DNA of 64,000 bases from a virus. Where the stretch lies: the IMG/VR virus record IMGVR_UViG_3300008448_012223. One strand, given 5' to 3'. Positions within the stretch are counted from its first letter, which is position 1; each line of letters starts with the position of its first letter. The notes beneath the pieces are model-generated. The model was not told the origin of the DNA. It did not search any database and saw only the letters and a list, made by a program, of their open reading frames with translations. Position numbers and translations under genes: made by a program. Shown one piece after another: positions 1-11,011 of this stretch.

Positions 1-160
1 CCGCAGTACAGAGGGAGACTGGAGCGTATTCACTAGTGAGATAGGAGAGGCCGATATACTAGATGCGGGGCTACTAATAGGACAGCAGCTAGGCATAAAT
101 GGTAACCTCTGGTCTAGTGATGGTACTACCATCTCTAACCACGAGAGAGAAGATATCAGT

Positions 161-769
161 ATGCGTCTCTACCGCGCTGTATTCCCGACGACTCCGATTA
201 GTATAGACCTAGGTAGTTACTCTTCCAATATGACGGCCTTCGCCCTCAATATACGAGACATAGTACCAGCGGGCTGCACAATAGATTATCAGTACAAGGC
301 GGGCGTGAACCCCAACTGGATATCTATAGCACCTAATACGCCTATATGTCTAGATAAAGTAGAGTCTATACTCCTCCTACGTGCAGTATCCACAGGTACG
401 GCAGCCCTAGCTCCTATCATAGAAATAGGGACAGTATCCATCTATCGTAACCTGTCACCCACACAGCACATATCTAACTGGCAGCCTATCCTGCAGACGA
501 GTACGAGATTTACAGTAGCCATAACAGCGCTAATGCCGCCATCGAGTACGCTACAGGTAAGAATACAGTTCAACACAGGGGGTTGGCACACCCTAAGCAA
601 CCCGACCACAGTCACGCTAGATGCAGGACTAGGACTATCTCGCCTAACTTATGTATATGTATCTCCCGGCCCGCGTAGTGGAGAGCTGAAGTGGTCTATA
701 GACGCATTTGGAATCTCGACAACAGACGTGCCATCTATAATGGAGGTAGTGGTATATGGAACGAACTAA
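161..769 (+). CDS. Putative virion structural protein (beta-rich)
   Basis: 202-aa ORF, overlaps next gene, lies in morphogenesis block. Confidence 0.45.
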   Translation: MRLYRAVFPTTPISIDLGSYSSNMTAFALNIRDIVPAGCTIDYQYKAGVNPNWISIAPNTPICLDKVESILLLRAVSTGTAALAPIIEIGTVSIYRNLSPTQHISNWQPILQTSTRFTVAITALMPPSSTLQVRIQFNTGGWHTLSNPTTVTLDAGLGLSRLTYVYVSPGPRSGELKWSIDAFGISTTDVPSIMEVVVYGTN

Positions 770-3278
770 GCTACTATTCACGGATGGCCGGCCCCTACAG
801 GCGCGAGAGCTCATAGAGATGCAGGATCTCTTACACTTGCATGTAGAGGAGATGAGCCGCAGTCTATACGATGTCTATTACCTAGCAGAGGTAGATATAA
901 TATGGGCGTCCCCCAGTCTAACAATACAAGGTGGTCTGATATATATAGAGGAGGAGGGATGGTATCGTATCAACCCAGCCCAGCTAACTATAACCGGTAA
1001 CGCCAACGTTACACTCCGCATATACCGGATAGATTATGATGGGCGCAGTATCCTATTTCCTGAACCAGTAGTAGGGCAGGACGGTTACCCATTCCTGCAG
1101 ATATCGGGGGGCCAGATACTCATATACGATGGTAAGCGATTCAGTCGGGCCCCGCGCAGTAAAGTAGCGTCACTAGAAGAGACCATAGAATTAGTGGACA
1201 AGGAGGTATACGGCAACTACATCCAGCGAGGCCTAGAGGTACTGGGCCTGCGCTTCGATAGTGCACTAGAGATAGACCTAACACAGAATCAACCTATTCA
1301 ACGTCTGGCCGTCCAGCCGGGCCGGGCCTTCATAGATGGTAAGATAGTGGATCTATACGAGCCTGTCTATCTGCCCATGATGGTTAGTGGTGAGATCGTC
1401 ATAGATAAGAAAGGTGAGGTGAGAATAGGTACGGGGCCCCTCACGCTAGCGCGTATACGTAATAGTGAACTAATAGCCAGCGATAATAGATGGGTAGAGC
1501 CCGGCCTACTGCGAGATCTACAGGTTAAGTTGAACACACTACGAGAGGAGGCTATAGATATCGTTCTAGAACGACTTAACTTCTACTCGGGGGCCCCGCG
1601 TATTCTAGAGAGCGGCTTTGTAGAATCCTTCCAGAATACACTGGGGACTGACATCACAGCTCCTGGCTTCGATTGTGCTATGACGGGGTACATGACACTA
1701 CCTAGCTCGTATAACACGATCAGACCCGATAATCTAACTATAAGCAGTAGTAGTAATGTAACCATAACGGAGTCTGGAGGGAGCCTGCAGACGGCGTATC
1801 TACGACCTGCCCCTGGTACTATAATTGATCAACGACGCGCTACAGGCAGTCTGGCATTAGCAGCCCAGACACGAGACGTGCGTATGACGCTCAACCCACC
1901 AGTAGTAGCACCCGATGCAAGGCGCATCGAGTACCAGATAGGCCGTCTCACTATAGCCACCGAGGCAGTGCAAGTCACAATCACTCTACAGGGTCTGTTA
2001 TCTCTAGAGAGTGGTATAGTATTACAAATAGACGGACGGGCTCCCCAGGCTACAGTAACCCGTGGCTCTATAGAAGACGGACGCTATAGGGCTGATGTCA
2101 GCGGCACACTAGTAGCAAATATAGCAGTCCCTTCTAGTAGCGCAGCACTATCTATAACAGCAACAGGAAGTGGATGGACAATAGGGCAGTGTCTGGAGTT
2201 CGGTTCCACTGGAGCCCCCGCACCAGCTGTAGTACAGGTCAGGGAGGGTATGGCACAGCTATTTACTCTATCAACAGCCAATACTATAACGGGTATACGC
2301 GTATATCCTGCGGGGGCCATAAGCGCTTGGGTGAGTCTAGTAGCAGCACCCAATAATATACCAGAGGAGAGGGAGCTAGGACGGGTCCGCCTACAGGTAA
2401 CGAGCGGTAGCCCTGATACACCAGTAGAGTTGACCTTCGACCCGCCCATTAATCTAGTGGCAGGTAGTTACTGTGTGGTCATTAGTGCCACTAGCCCGGG
2501 CTCTATGCACATCAATACAAACGCACAGCTTGCTATATCACGAAACCAAGAAGGGCCCGACATACCCGGCTACCTCCTGACACGCAGTGGTAGTAACTGG
2601 CAGTCACAGACCAATAGTGATCTAACATACCAGCTAATAGGAGGGAGTCTAGGTTCGACAGGCTATATAGACTTCACCTATAGCCCAGCGCCTGAGGCGG
2701 ACACTCAGGTAGACCTAACACAGCTCAATAGCCTCTGGAGTTATAACCTAGGTCAGGGGGGCTCATTCTCTACCTTCTATAGGGAAGGGCAGGAGCTAGT
2801 GCCCTTACCCGAGCGAGCTACGGAGCTGCCAGATAATCTAGAGATGAGGCTAGTGCTCTTCACTACAGGTACGACACCCATAGTCTACCTCAACAGGAGT
2901 ATACTGATTATAGGGCGGGCCCGTTCTAAAGCTACCTGGATCAGCATAGATTATCCTACGCGTGACTACACTAACGTCAAGGTTATATACCGCGCCTTCC
3001 TACCGCAGGGTAGTAGTGTAGTAGCCAGTGTCAGCTCCAATGGGGGCCAGACGTGGACTGAAATGCCTACTCCTACCACTACGCTGGTAGATGGTAATAT
3101 ACCCCTCATTGAGAATGAGACTACATTGTCCGACCTCACTCCCACTGTATTAGTGCGTCAGGGTGATAATGATGTACCATTGGCCAGAAATCGCATACGC
3201 ATTAGATTACAAATAATCGTAAGCGGCACTATAACTAGATTACCCTATGTCTCGAGCCTGCAGTGTCTGACATATTAG
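756..3278 (+). CDS. VrlC/DUF4815-like virion (baseplate/tail) protein
   Basis: N-terminal LFTDGRPLQARELIEMQ and VQPGRAFIDG resemble the VrlC/DUF4815 signature; beta-rich C-terminal modules. Confidence 0.6.
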   Translation: MERTKLLFTDGRPLQARELIEMQDLLHLHVEEMSRSLYDVYYLAEVDIIWASPSLTIQGGLIYIEEEGWYRINPAQLTITGNANVTLRIYRIDYDGRSILFPEPVVGQDGYPFLQISGGQILIYDGKRFSRAPRSKVASLEETIELVDKEVYGNYIQRGLEVLGLRFDSALEIDLTQNQPIQRLAVQPGRAFIDGKIVDLYEPVYLPMMVSGEIVIDKKGEVRIGTGPLTLARIRNSELIASDNRWVEPGLLRDLQVKLNTLREEAIDIVLERLNFYSGAPRILESGFVESFQNTLGTDITAPGFDCAMTGYMTLPSSYNTIRPDNLTISSSSNVTITESGGSLQTAYLRPAPGTIIDQRRATGSLALAAQTRDVRMTLNPPVVAPDARRIEYQIGRLTIATEAVQVTITLQGLLSLESGIVLQIDGRAPQATVTRGSIEDGRYRADVSGTLVANIAVPSSSAALSITATGSGWTIGQCLEFGSTGAPAPAVVQVREGMAQLFTLSTANTITGIRVYPAGAISAWVSLVAAPNNIPEERELGRVRLQVTSGSPDTPVELTFDPPINLVAGSYCVVISATSPGSMHINTNAQLAISRNQEGPDIPGYLLTRSGSNWQSQTNSDLTYQLIGGSLGSTGYIDFTYSPAPEADTQVDLTQLNSLWSYNLGQGGSFSTFYREGQELVPLPERATELPDNLEMRLVLFTTGTTPIVYLNRSILIIGRARSKATWISIDYPTRDYTNVKVIYRAFLPQGSSVVASVSSNGGQTWTEMPTPTTTLVDGNIPLIENETTLSDLTPTVLVRQGDNDVPLARNRIRIRLQIIVSGTITRLPYVSSLQCLTY

Positions 3279-3598
3279 AGAGTATAGTAACGCGTATACC
3301 AGTTAATCACGCTGTGCCCCTCATCATAGGGGCACTATACCGTCGTACTGTATCACAGCTGGCAGCGCGGGGCTACGATAATAGACTGGCCCTATTATTA
3401 CAAGGCCTCCCTATAGCTGACTTCACAGATGAGGAGCTCGATTACCTAACAACGCTACCACTAGGCCTCCTAACGGCAGGTATGACTAGTACGTATAGAG
3501 AGCTGTATTACCGCGGGCAGTATATTCATATACCCTCTTATCTATCTGACCACACCATAGCCCAATTCCTAGTAATAGTGGAGAGCCTACGTGAATAA
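3263..3598 (+). CDS. Hypothetical protein
   Basis: 111-aa ORF overlapping both neighbours. Confidence 0.5.
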   Translation: MSDILESIVTRIPVNHAVPLIIGALYRRTVSQLAARGYDNRLALLLQGLPIADFTDEELDYLTTLPLGLLTAGMTSTYRELYYRGQYIHIPSYLSDHTIAQFLVIVESLRE

Positions 3599-6500
3599 TC
3601 CCTTATCTTTAAATGGCACTATACCATCGGGTCATTCCGTTAGAAAAGCGTACTTTGAATTATTAGGTGAAGATGATACAGATGCGACTGCAATCCTATC
3701 GGTTAATACTGTTATTGTTGAATTAGGTGCTATTATACCTACTAGCTATAGCCCTTCTTATATAAATCTTCTATCTCAATTATTATCAACAGCAGATGGT
3801 AGCTTAAAAGCCCACGTAGTAGAGAAAGTAAGAGCAATAATTGGGAGAGTTGGTAATAATCCTAATATTCCACAGATGCAGGCGATTATTGGCGATACTC
3901 CCTCACGATTAGCGCCCGCCCCACCTGGCACAACAGTTAGCCCTAAGTTGGGGTTAACTGATGTAGTACCAGAGGAGGGGTTACGCCTTACCTCCTATTT
4001 TAATTTTGACCCCTCCGATAGCGATATAAATCTTCTTGTAGGACTACTAGTTGATGATCGATTAGATGATGAAGCCAGAGGACAGGCTATAAAGTACCTT
4101 AAAGATACAGTCTCTACATTGCCTATTAGTATGGACCTCACCGAGGTAGGAAAAGAGAAGGCTAGGGCGTATATAGCAAAACTTGACACTCCGAGTAGTA
4201 CAGTTATACCTACAGGTAGTAAAGTAGATATTTCTAAGGGGGATGCCAACAAATCAACAACTAAGCAGGAGCCGACTATAACGTATCCACCTGCGGCAGA
4301 CTGGGGTATGAGGGTTACACAAGTAGACACTAATAAGAGTTATTTCTTCAGTCTATTGCCGGCTATGGACTCAGTCATACCTATGACAGCGAGTAAGGAT
4401 GTACCCAACGCACTGCCGGGATTATACATACGAGTTAAGGCTAATATAGCTAAGTTGCGGGTACCAGGCAGCACACCTATCTACCAACACATGGGGATAG
4501 ATAGTGTGATGGTAACTGTAGTAGGGATGTTCACTGGAATGGATGGTGATAAACCGAGCCCGGCTACCTATCTATCTCATGCTACTGGTAAGGATAAGGT
4601 CGGGACTCTTATGGCTAAGCTAGATACTTATGGCGCTATGCAGAGTTTTTACGAGCACGCATACCTGAGTGGGGCTGATCTAGACGTAGAGATCAACATG
4701 GCACGCTACCAGGCCTTCGACGTAGAGGAGGGGGTGATACGTTCAGCTAAGACAGGTAATCCCCGCTTCCGCGGGCACTTGTCACTACTCGAGGTAGCAC
4801 ATGCACGTAGCGATAGAACATACTATACGCTACAATTCGAGACGCGCTCTCTAACGGAGGATAAGTGTGAGATAACTAAGATAGATCACATACCTGATAG
4901 TCTCAAGGAGAGACTAAGCCAGGTCGCAGTAGAAGAGCAGACCGTCGCAGTTGAGAGCATCAGGACTATAACTGACGACATTAATATGGCTAAGGAGGGA
5001 ACCAATGGCAAAAAGATATCTGAGTGGGAGAGTGGGGATCCTGACCCCAGCGGCCGGGCCCTTCGCGTAAATGAAGTATGTGATAACGACGGTAAGTGTA
5101 GATACTACGTCTTCACTCCAGGAGGGCAGCTATATGAAGAAACTGATAAAGAGGAAATAGATAAACTCAAGAATGAGAGAATAGGGGGCTGGAATACTAA
5201 TAGACTTATACGCACTGGAGCAAGTATTGCAGCTACAGTGACAACCTGTGCTGTAGCTGCAGGCTCCATACCTGCAGCTGTTACCATTGTAGGAGGAGTA
5301 GTAACAGCAGCGGCGGCCGCAGGTTGCGGTGCTGTTGCAGGTGATCTCATTAATACAGTTGCTAATGGAGATAACAGACAATACACGCCTGTCGAGGCGG
5401 CCATAGACGCAGTAACTATACTGGCTCCTACTAAGATAGGAGCCGCAACGCTAGGCAAAGTAGTTGGTGTTGGGGCTAAGGTTGCATCTGCCCCAGTAAA
5501 ACTCGCGGGTAAGGTTGTATCAAAGACTGGTATATTAAGTACTGGGCCAGCAGCTAAGATAACTAGTAGCCTGGCTCAGTCCACTCAAGGTGTTCGTAGG
5601 GCTATTCTCTCTACTGCTAATAAGGCTAAGAATAGCGCAGTAAACTTTGCACTGAGCCCCACTCCCGATATACTACAACCTCCCTCGAATTATCTCAGTA
5701 GTAGTAACGTCGCGGCTAGGTTCACTAGGTTTATAACTCCTGGCCTAGGCTCAGCCAGTAATACAACTAATGCAGTCGACGACGCAGGCCGGTCGACTGG
5801 CCGCGTTTCTACTGCTACTTCTCAGACTAATAATATTGTTGATGATACAGTTACTAACGCTACACGGTCAACTTTAACAAGAAGGGATATTCCTAATATA
5901 GATAAGGTAAGTCAAGAAAGCGGCAACATAGCCATCCAAATGCGTAATGAGAATATATCTATAGATGATGCGTCTAGATGGATAGTTGATAATTATCCAA
6001 ATGCTAATTCTGGAGAAGTACTCCGTGCTAGACAAATTATACGTAATAATGTTGATTTTCCAGTAGAAGATGATCCTGCTTCGTTGGCCACTGCCCTATA
6101 CAAAGAAGGTTATAACCCACAAGATATGAGCCCAGCTGAATTAATTAATTATATTAAGAATGCTAGGCCCGGCATATATGACGAGGCTAGGCCCGGCATA
6201 TCTGACGAGGTTGTGACTAGTTTAAAGAATCAGGTACTCAGTGAATATAATGAGAAGTATCCCAGAGCTATAACTGATGAGGGCGTATACAATGACATTA
6301 TAGAGATTGCCGATACTCTACGCCCAGACGCCACTCAGGCCCAGAAGCTAGAGGCTCTTGAGAATATCCCTGATAAAGAGGGGGGCCTCCAAGTACTTAA
6401 CGAGGTACTAAATAGACGATTAACTAGTAATATAAGAGTTACTTCAGTAAGACCTCCAGAAGAGGCGCTTCCTCCTCCACTTAATCCTGACGGTACCCCT

Positions 6501-7238
6501 ACTACCTTAGGTCCTGCTGCAGGCTCTATTGATGGTGAGCCCATTGTTATTATAGACGATACGTTCAATACTATTGATTCTATAGTACCTATACCTACGA
6601 ATACACTAACCGCGCCAGCCGCACCAGTAGGATCGCCTGGCAATATACAAACTAATACAGGTGCTGCACCTGTATCTGCACCGGCTTCTCCAGCTAATAA
6701 GGTTATTTCTATTACGGGAGGGGGAACCATATCAGAAGAAGCAGTTGCTAACGACATAGCTGCACTCATACCTGATGTGGGGAATATTCCGGATGCAGTA
6801 CTTGGAAATGAAGTAATAGACTATCTAGGGGCTAGTCAGGCAATATATAGTCCTGATCAAGTAAACGAGATAGTAAACTTAGTCAAGCAAAATAATCCTG
6901 GGTCTCCAGTAGTACCTAGAGTAGCTAATACAGGTGATATACAGGATATAGTAGAGCAACTACCTGATAGATTGGGTACGCCTACTAATCAAGTGGTAGG
7001 GCGGGCTCCAGATGCTACAACTGGTCATGCTACTATTAGCCGTTCTACTTCGCCTATACAAATAGAACAAATAGCAAAGAATCAGGCACAAGCAATATTA
7101 AATAATAATCCCGACATAAATCCTGATAGGCTATCTAATAATCAGATACTCGCTCTTGTTGACGTAACCTTTGCGATAGGTTTTAACAGAGATCTATTTG
7201 CTACTACTATACGTAATTATATAAGAGTTTTGAAATAA
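3591..7238 (+). CDS. Large mosaic virion protein: central tail/baseplate-like domain, hydrophobic Ala/Gly segment, low-complexity C-terminus
   Basis: 1215-aa ORF, GTG start overlapping upstream stop; LRVPGSTPIYQHMGIDSVMVTVVGMF segment; AIAATVTTCAVAAG...GGVVTAAAAAGCGAVAG hydrophobic stretch. Confidence 0.5.
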   Translation: MNNPLSLNGTIPSGHSVRKAYFELLGEDDTDATAILSVNTVIVELGAIIPTSYSPSYINLLSQLLSTADGSLKAHVVEKVRAIIGRVGNNPNIPQMQAIIGDTPSRLAPAPPGTTVSPKLGLTDVVPEEGLRLTSYFNFDPSDSDINLLVGLLVDDRLDDEARGQAIKYLKDTVSTLPISMDLTEVGKEKARAYIAKLDTPSSTVIPTGSKVDISKGDANKSTTKQEPTITYPPAADWGMRVTQVDTNKSYFFSLLPAMDSVIPMTASKDVPNALPGLYIRVKANIAKLRVPGSTPIYQHMGIDSVMVTVVGMFTGMDGDKPSPATYLSHATGKDKVGTLMAKLDTYGAMQSFYEHAYLSGADLDVEINMARYQAFDVEEGVIRSAKTGNPRFRGHLSLLEVAHARSDRTYYTLQFETRSLTEDKCEITKIDHIPDSLKERLSQVAVEEQTVAVESIRTITDDINMAKEGTNGKKISEWESGDPDPSGRALRVNEVCDNDGKCRYYVFTPGGQLYEETDKEEIDKLKNERIGGWNTNRLIRTGASIAATVTTCAVAAGSIPAAVTIVGGVVTAAAAAGCGAVAGDLINTVANGDNRQYTPVEAAIDAVTILAPTKIGAATLGKVVGVGAKVASAPVKLAGKVVSKTGILSTGPAAKITSSLAQSTQGVRRAILSTANKAKNSAVNFALSPTPDILQPPSNYLSSSNVAARFTRFITPGLGSASNTTNAVDDAGRSTGRVSTATSQTNNIVDDTVTNATRSTLTRRDIPNIDKVSQESGNIAIQMRNENISIDDASRWIVDNYPNANSGEVLRARQIIRNNVDFPVEDDPASLATALYKEGYNPQDMSPAELINYIKNARPGIYDEARPGISDEVVTSLKNQVLSEYNEKYPRAITDEGVYNDIIEIADTLRPDATQAQKLEALENIPDKEGGLQVLNEVLNRRLTSNIRVTSVRPPEEALPPPLNPDGTPTTLGPAAGSIDGEPIVIIDDTFNTIDSIVPIPTNTLTAPAAPVGSPGNIQTNTGAAPVSAPASPANKVISITGGGTISEEAVANDIAALIPDVGNIPDAVLGNEVIDYLGASQAIYSPDQVNEIVNLVKQNNPGSPVVPRVANTGDIQDIVEQLPDRLGTPTNQVVGRAPDATTGHATISRSTSPIQIEQIAKNQAQAILNNNPDINPDRLSNNQILALVDVTFAIGFNRDLFATTIRNYIRVLK
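6162..6209 (+). repeat. 24-bp in-frame tandem duplication (ARPGIYDE/ARPGISDE)
   Basis: gctaggcccggcatatatgacgag followed by gctaggcccggcatatctgacgag (1 mismatch). Confidence 0.9.
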
Positions 7239-7249
7239 GGGAGGGTCTA

Positions 7250-8398
7250 ATGAGATTACTGATATACATAGGTCAGTCTGTAACTATGAGATATCTAGTA
7301 GGTAAGGTAGAGTCTCAGGTGACGGGTACGCTATCTATCACTGATAAGATAGTGACAGTAGGGCCCGCCCGTTCTAACCTACGAGATGTACTGATTATAA
7401 TACAAGGCAATAATACTATCTACACTAGGCCAGATGGCACGCCGACCTATAACGCCCCAGTGGCGCAGACACTAACACGTCCGTTTAACTGGGCTGCTGA
7501 CGCAGAGAGGGCTGTGATAGAGTACCTAGAGCAGGGTATAGCGCCAGAGGTACAGCTTATACGCCGTACTGCACTAGTCACATACATAGATAGCATCATA
7601 GTAGAAGCAGTCAGATTAATTGATAATGACCTCATATTAGAAACAGCAGCAGGAGACGTAAGAACGGCAGTCAACGCAATACTCCAGATTACTACTGGGG
7701 TTCCATCTCGATGGAGTGATAGTATAATAAACCTGGAGGTATGGTTAGAATCTCTGGGCTCAGGTCGTTTCTACATAGATAGAATAGGAGACGCCACAAC
7801 GATAGAGGCAGATACAGTCTATACTAGTCGGGGCCGTCAGATAGTAGGTAGACTAGGGGATATAACTGTAACAATGCCAATAGAGACAGTAGAGAGTGTA
7901 AGACAAGGCGATAAGACGTGGTTTAATACCCGGCCGCCGCGGGGGCCTATAATTCCTAACTTAGGTCTACTCCGTGCTGCTACTAGGTTTATACGAAACT
8001 ACACAATAAATGAGACTATAGGCGCAGAGTTATACGATACGTATCTAATAGATGGTACTCGTATAAGCAGCCGGGCCATGTATTTACAGGATGGCTGCAT
8101 AGTATTAGCAAATGGGCCAGAGAGCTGGTGGGTCAGTATAAGAGATGTAAGGTTACTGACGGCTACTATGTTCTCTGGTCTATCAGTTAATACGCTTATA
8201 CAGCCGGGCAGGTCTACTCCACAGGCCCGTACTGTATCTATACAATCATCGATAGGCGTAATATATAGGGAAGGTGACTATAAGCCCATATTCTTCTTAT
8301 CTATAAAAGAATGGAGTAATATATTCATTCTTGCTACATACGAGAATGATAATTACCTAGTAGCTAAAGAGGAGATTGGCCGAATTGAGTACTATTAA
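7250..8398 (+). CDS. Hypothetical protein (probably virion)
   Basis: 382-aa ORF preceded by AAGGAGG. Confidence 0.55.
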   Translation: MRLLIYIGQSVTMRYLVGKVESQVTGTLSITDKIVTVGPARSNLRDVLIIIQGNNTIYTRPDGTPTYNAPVAQTLTRPFNWAADAERAVIEYLEQGIAPEVQLIRRTALVTYIDSIIVEAVRLIDNDLILETAAGDVRTAVNAILQITTGVPSRWSDSIINLEVWLESLGSGRFYIDRIGDATTIEADTVYTSRGRQIVGRLGDITVTMPIETVESVRQGDKTWFNTRPPRGPIIPNLGLLRAATRFIRNYTINETIGAELYDTYLIDGTRISSRAMYLQDGCIVLANGPESWWVSIRDVRLLTATMFSGLSVNTLIQPGRSTPQARTVSIQSSIGVIYREGDYKPIFFLSIKEWSNIFILATYENDNYLVAKEEIGRIEYY

Positions 8399-9221
8399 AC
8401 CATGGCAAGAACTAGTAGCAGAACAGCGGCGGCTCAACCCCACGCGGCCGTATCAGCCGCAGGCAGGTCTATTTGAGTATAAGGGCCTAGATGCACTAGT
8501 CATAGAGGTAGAGAGTTACACATGGGTAGGAATTCAGTGGCTGGGCGGCGATTTATGGGGCCGTCGTGGCTGGCAGGAGATAGCCGTATTTGTAAGAATA
8601 GATGGCCAGAGCTGGGCCAATAGGCGATATATCTACTTACCAGTAGATTTAGTAGAGCATCTCCTGCCATATATACCAATGGTAGATGGTGGTTATACAC
8701 TACGTTATCCCTCAGCGAATGATCTAGTACCTATATTCAGTGGTAGGGTGGTGTTGTTAAGTAGTCAGGGTATACACCCCCTATTACCCGGCTGGGTATG
8801 GACTGGGCGAGTGATATGGCCTTACTATGAATATCAGCATGTATCAGGTGATATAGCACCGCCTGATACTCTCCAGTGGAGTAGGTTGAGACCTACTAAT
8901 CTACTAGATCCCCTTGGTCCACCAAGCGTAGAGCAGATGACGCGTACACTACCTAATCTAGTAGGTGAGTTACCCACTAGATTAGAGGAACCCTGGATAG
9001 GAACGTATACGGGCTGGTCTACTATTAATTATGGTGAGGAGACGACGCTATATCAATATAGAGCCCAGACTCAGGAATTATTCCTACTAGATAGCCCCCC
9101 ATTATTAGATAGTATTTTATACAAACAGCAGTGGTTAATTGATAGGGTGCGCCTCAGTCATAGAGTTGTACAGGGCGTAGTTATACAGCAGACAGTAACA
9201 GCAACATTGAGATTATGGTAA
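8376..9221 (+). CDS. Hypothetical protein (probably baseplate/tail)
   Basis: 281-aa ORF, TTG start after GAGGAG, coupled to neighbours. Confidence 0.5.
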   Translation: MAELSTIKPWQELVAEQRRLNPTRPYQPQAGLFEYKGLDALVIEVESYTWVGIQWLGGDLWGRRGWQEIAVFVRIDGQSWANRRYIYLPVDLVEHLLPYIPMVDGGYTLRYPSANDLVPIFSGRVVLLSSQGIHPLLPGWVWTGRVIWPYYEYQHVSGDIAPPDTLQWSRLRPTNLLDPLGPPSVEQMTRTLPNLVGELPTRLEEPWIGTYTGWSTINYGEETTLYQYRAQTQELFLLDSPPLLDSILYKQQWLIDRVRLSHRVVQGVVIQQTVTATLRLW

Positions 9222-9583
9222 CTAAGCTAGATCTAGTTAAGGATAGAGCTATTATACGGGGGGCCCTCTGGGATCTACTGACTATACTACGTCAGGGAGA
9301 TCTAACAGCAATGCAGTGCCGGGGCCAGATACGAGATGGGGAGGATGGTGAGTTATTTGCTAACTTTGAGTTTGAGCCCCTAACTACAGTAAATAGAGAT
9401 GGAGTGATCTACACACGTATTAAACCCTATCTAGGTGCTACACGTACTAAGCAGATACCTACTACAGCGCTCCGCCAGACATGGTTCTATGATATAGAGT
9501 TATATGACCCCCTTGATGATGATATAGTGTATAGAATCATCGACGGCGCTGTAGAGAGCCGCCTTAACATAACACTACCTTAA
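9215..9583 (+). CDS. Small virion structural/adaptor-type protein
   Basis: DLTAMQCRGQIR...YDIEL...VYRIIDGAV pattern typical of small phage tail-associated Ig-like proteins. Confidence 0.5.
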   Translation: MVTKLDLVKDRAIIRGALWDLLTILRQGDLTAMQCRGQIRDGEDGELFANFEFEPLTTVNRDGVIYTRIKPYLGATRTKQIPTTALRQTWFYDIELYDPLDDDIVYRIIDGAVESRLNITLP

Positions 9584-9584
9584 T

Positions 9585-10055
9585 ATGTACACAAGAGCAC
9601 TATACTCCTTCCTACTATCTCAGATTAATACTAATCTAGTAGTCATTCTAATCAATCGACCCCAATTAGGTATCGGTACTGTATTAACCGCCGATGAGAT
9701 AGATGCCCGCCTGAATATCACTATGGCTCAGGCAGCCCTCTGGGAGATTAGTGGTTATAGTAGATTCATCATCACTACCCCAATCATCACTATCCCAACG
9801 CGTACAGCCCCCACTGCTAGTCTGGTTAGTACTGCCACATTCACGCCATCAGGGGGGACGATAGGGCCCTTTACTCATGCACTGGTAGTACGGGGGGCTA
9901 ACCTAACTGGTGCCACTCCAGCTAATGGTAATAACCGCGGCAGTAACGTGGGTACTGTAGTGCACATAGAAACCGTAGTTAGCGCACCACTCTCGGTAGC
10001 GCCACCTGCAGTATACAATTACACTATCAATTTACTGCTCAACGAGGAGGCATGA
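9585..10055 (+). CDS. Putative tail/baseplate structural protein
   Basis: EISGYSR...ATFTPSGGTIGPFTHA pattern; context. Confidence 0.45.
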   Translation: MYTRALYSFLLSQINTNLVVILINRPQLGIGTVLTADEIDARLNITMAQAALWEISGYSRFIITTPIITIPTRTAPTASLVSTATFTPSGGTIGPFTHALVVRGANLTGATPANGNNRGSNVGTVVHIETVVSAPLSVAPPAVYNYTINLLLNEEA

Positions 10056-10222
10056 CCCATGTAGCTGCTACCTAGTAGAGAGGCCAGCAGGGTATAGTTC
10101 TCTGGCCTCCTCGACTGTTAGTGCCATTCATTCCCATACTACCATCTCAATACTAAGCATAGTGTCAATTACTACACGAGCCGTGCTATAGCCTTTCAAA
10201 TCTATAGTCAAGTACATGCGCG

Positions 10223-11011
10223 GTGCCTGCTATTGACCATATAGTAGGGGGCATACTACTAAAGCGTTGCTGTCTAAACTCATTATTCATTGTGATTAAC
10301 CTCGAGTCATTAATTAGAACACGGGCCCCCACACTATTAGGTGCTCTGCCACTATTAGATTGGTGGATAATACAATTACTCAGTAGTACTGATTACCCCG
10401 TCGTAGTTCTCAATAGGGATATACATTCTGTTAGAGTGCCCGCTCCCTACGACATGATAGATAGTAGGGGTAATTTTATCATGCGCTCAGAATTAGATAG
10501 CTGGGGTCTAGAACCACTGCAGAGAGCCATCCTCTCTACTAAGGAGGAGGGCAGTATAAGCGCATACATACTACGGTCAGGCAGCTCCAGTACTATTATA
10601 ATCTACACTGCATTCTCTCGAGACAATAGTCTAGATCAAGAGGTACAATTAGAGGTCCCGCAGAATATAACTGTAACGACTATCCGCTTCAATTCAACTG
10701 TGCTCTGGACACTACGCTATATAGAATCGCCACCCCGCTTAGAGGTACCAATACCAGACGAGTACATAGAGCTGGAGATAGACGCGGGCCCCTATATTAT
10801 GAGTACCGTATCATCTATATATCTGAATCCATCACTACCAGTAAACACAATATCGGGCCCTGCAGCAATACACATGATACCCCAAGGTGACGTATTCTAT
10901 GTTGCTATAAATGAGGATCCTAATTTAGTCAAGGCCATACAACCTGACATAGACATAACAGAATACACAGAGACTAAGAATATGTGTATGGAGGTGACAC
11001 TTGGCGCGTAA
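10223..11011 (+). CDS. Hypothetical protein
   Basis: 262-aa ORF overlapping the terminase start; true start may be internal. Confidence 0.45.
   Translation: MPAIDHIVGGILLKRCCLNSLFIVINLESLIRTRAPTLLGALPLLDWWIIQLLSSTDYPVVVLNRDIHSVRVPAPYDMIDSRGNFIMRSELDSWGLEPLQRAILSTKEEGSISAYILRSGSSSTIIIYTAFSRDNSLDQEVQLEVPQNITVTTIRFNSTVLWTLRYIESPPRLEVPIPDEYIELEIDAGPYIMSTVSSIYLNPSLPVNTISGPAAIHMIPQGDVFYVAINEDPNLVKAIQPDIDITEYTETKNMCMEVTLGA

Noticed and set aside
10062-10125. Short ORF (MTHVAAT*) after GAGGAGG and hairpin gaggccag...ctggcctc
   Set aside because: The SD belongs to the upstream gene's last codons. The hairpin lacks a U-tract and there is no further support.
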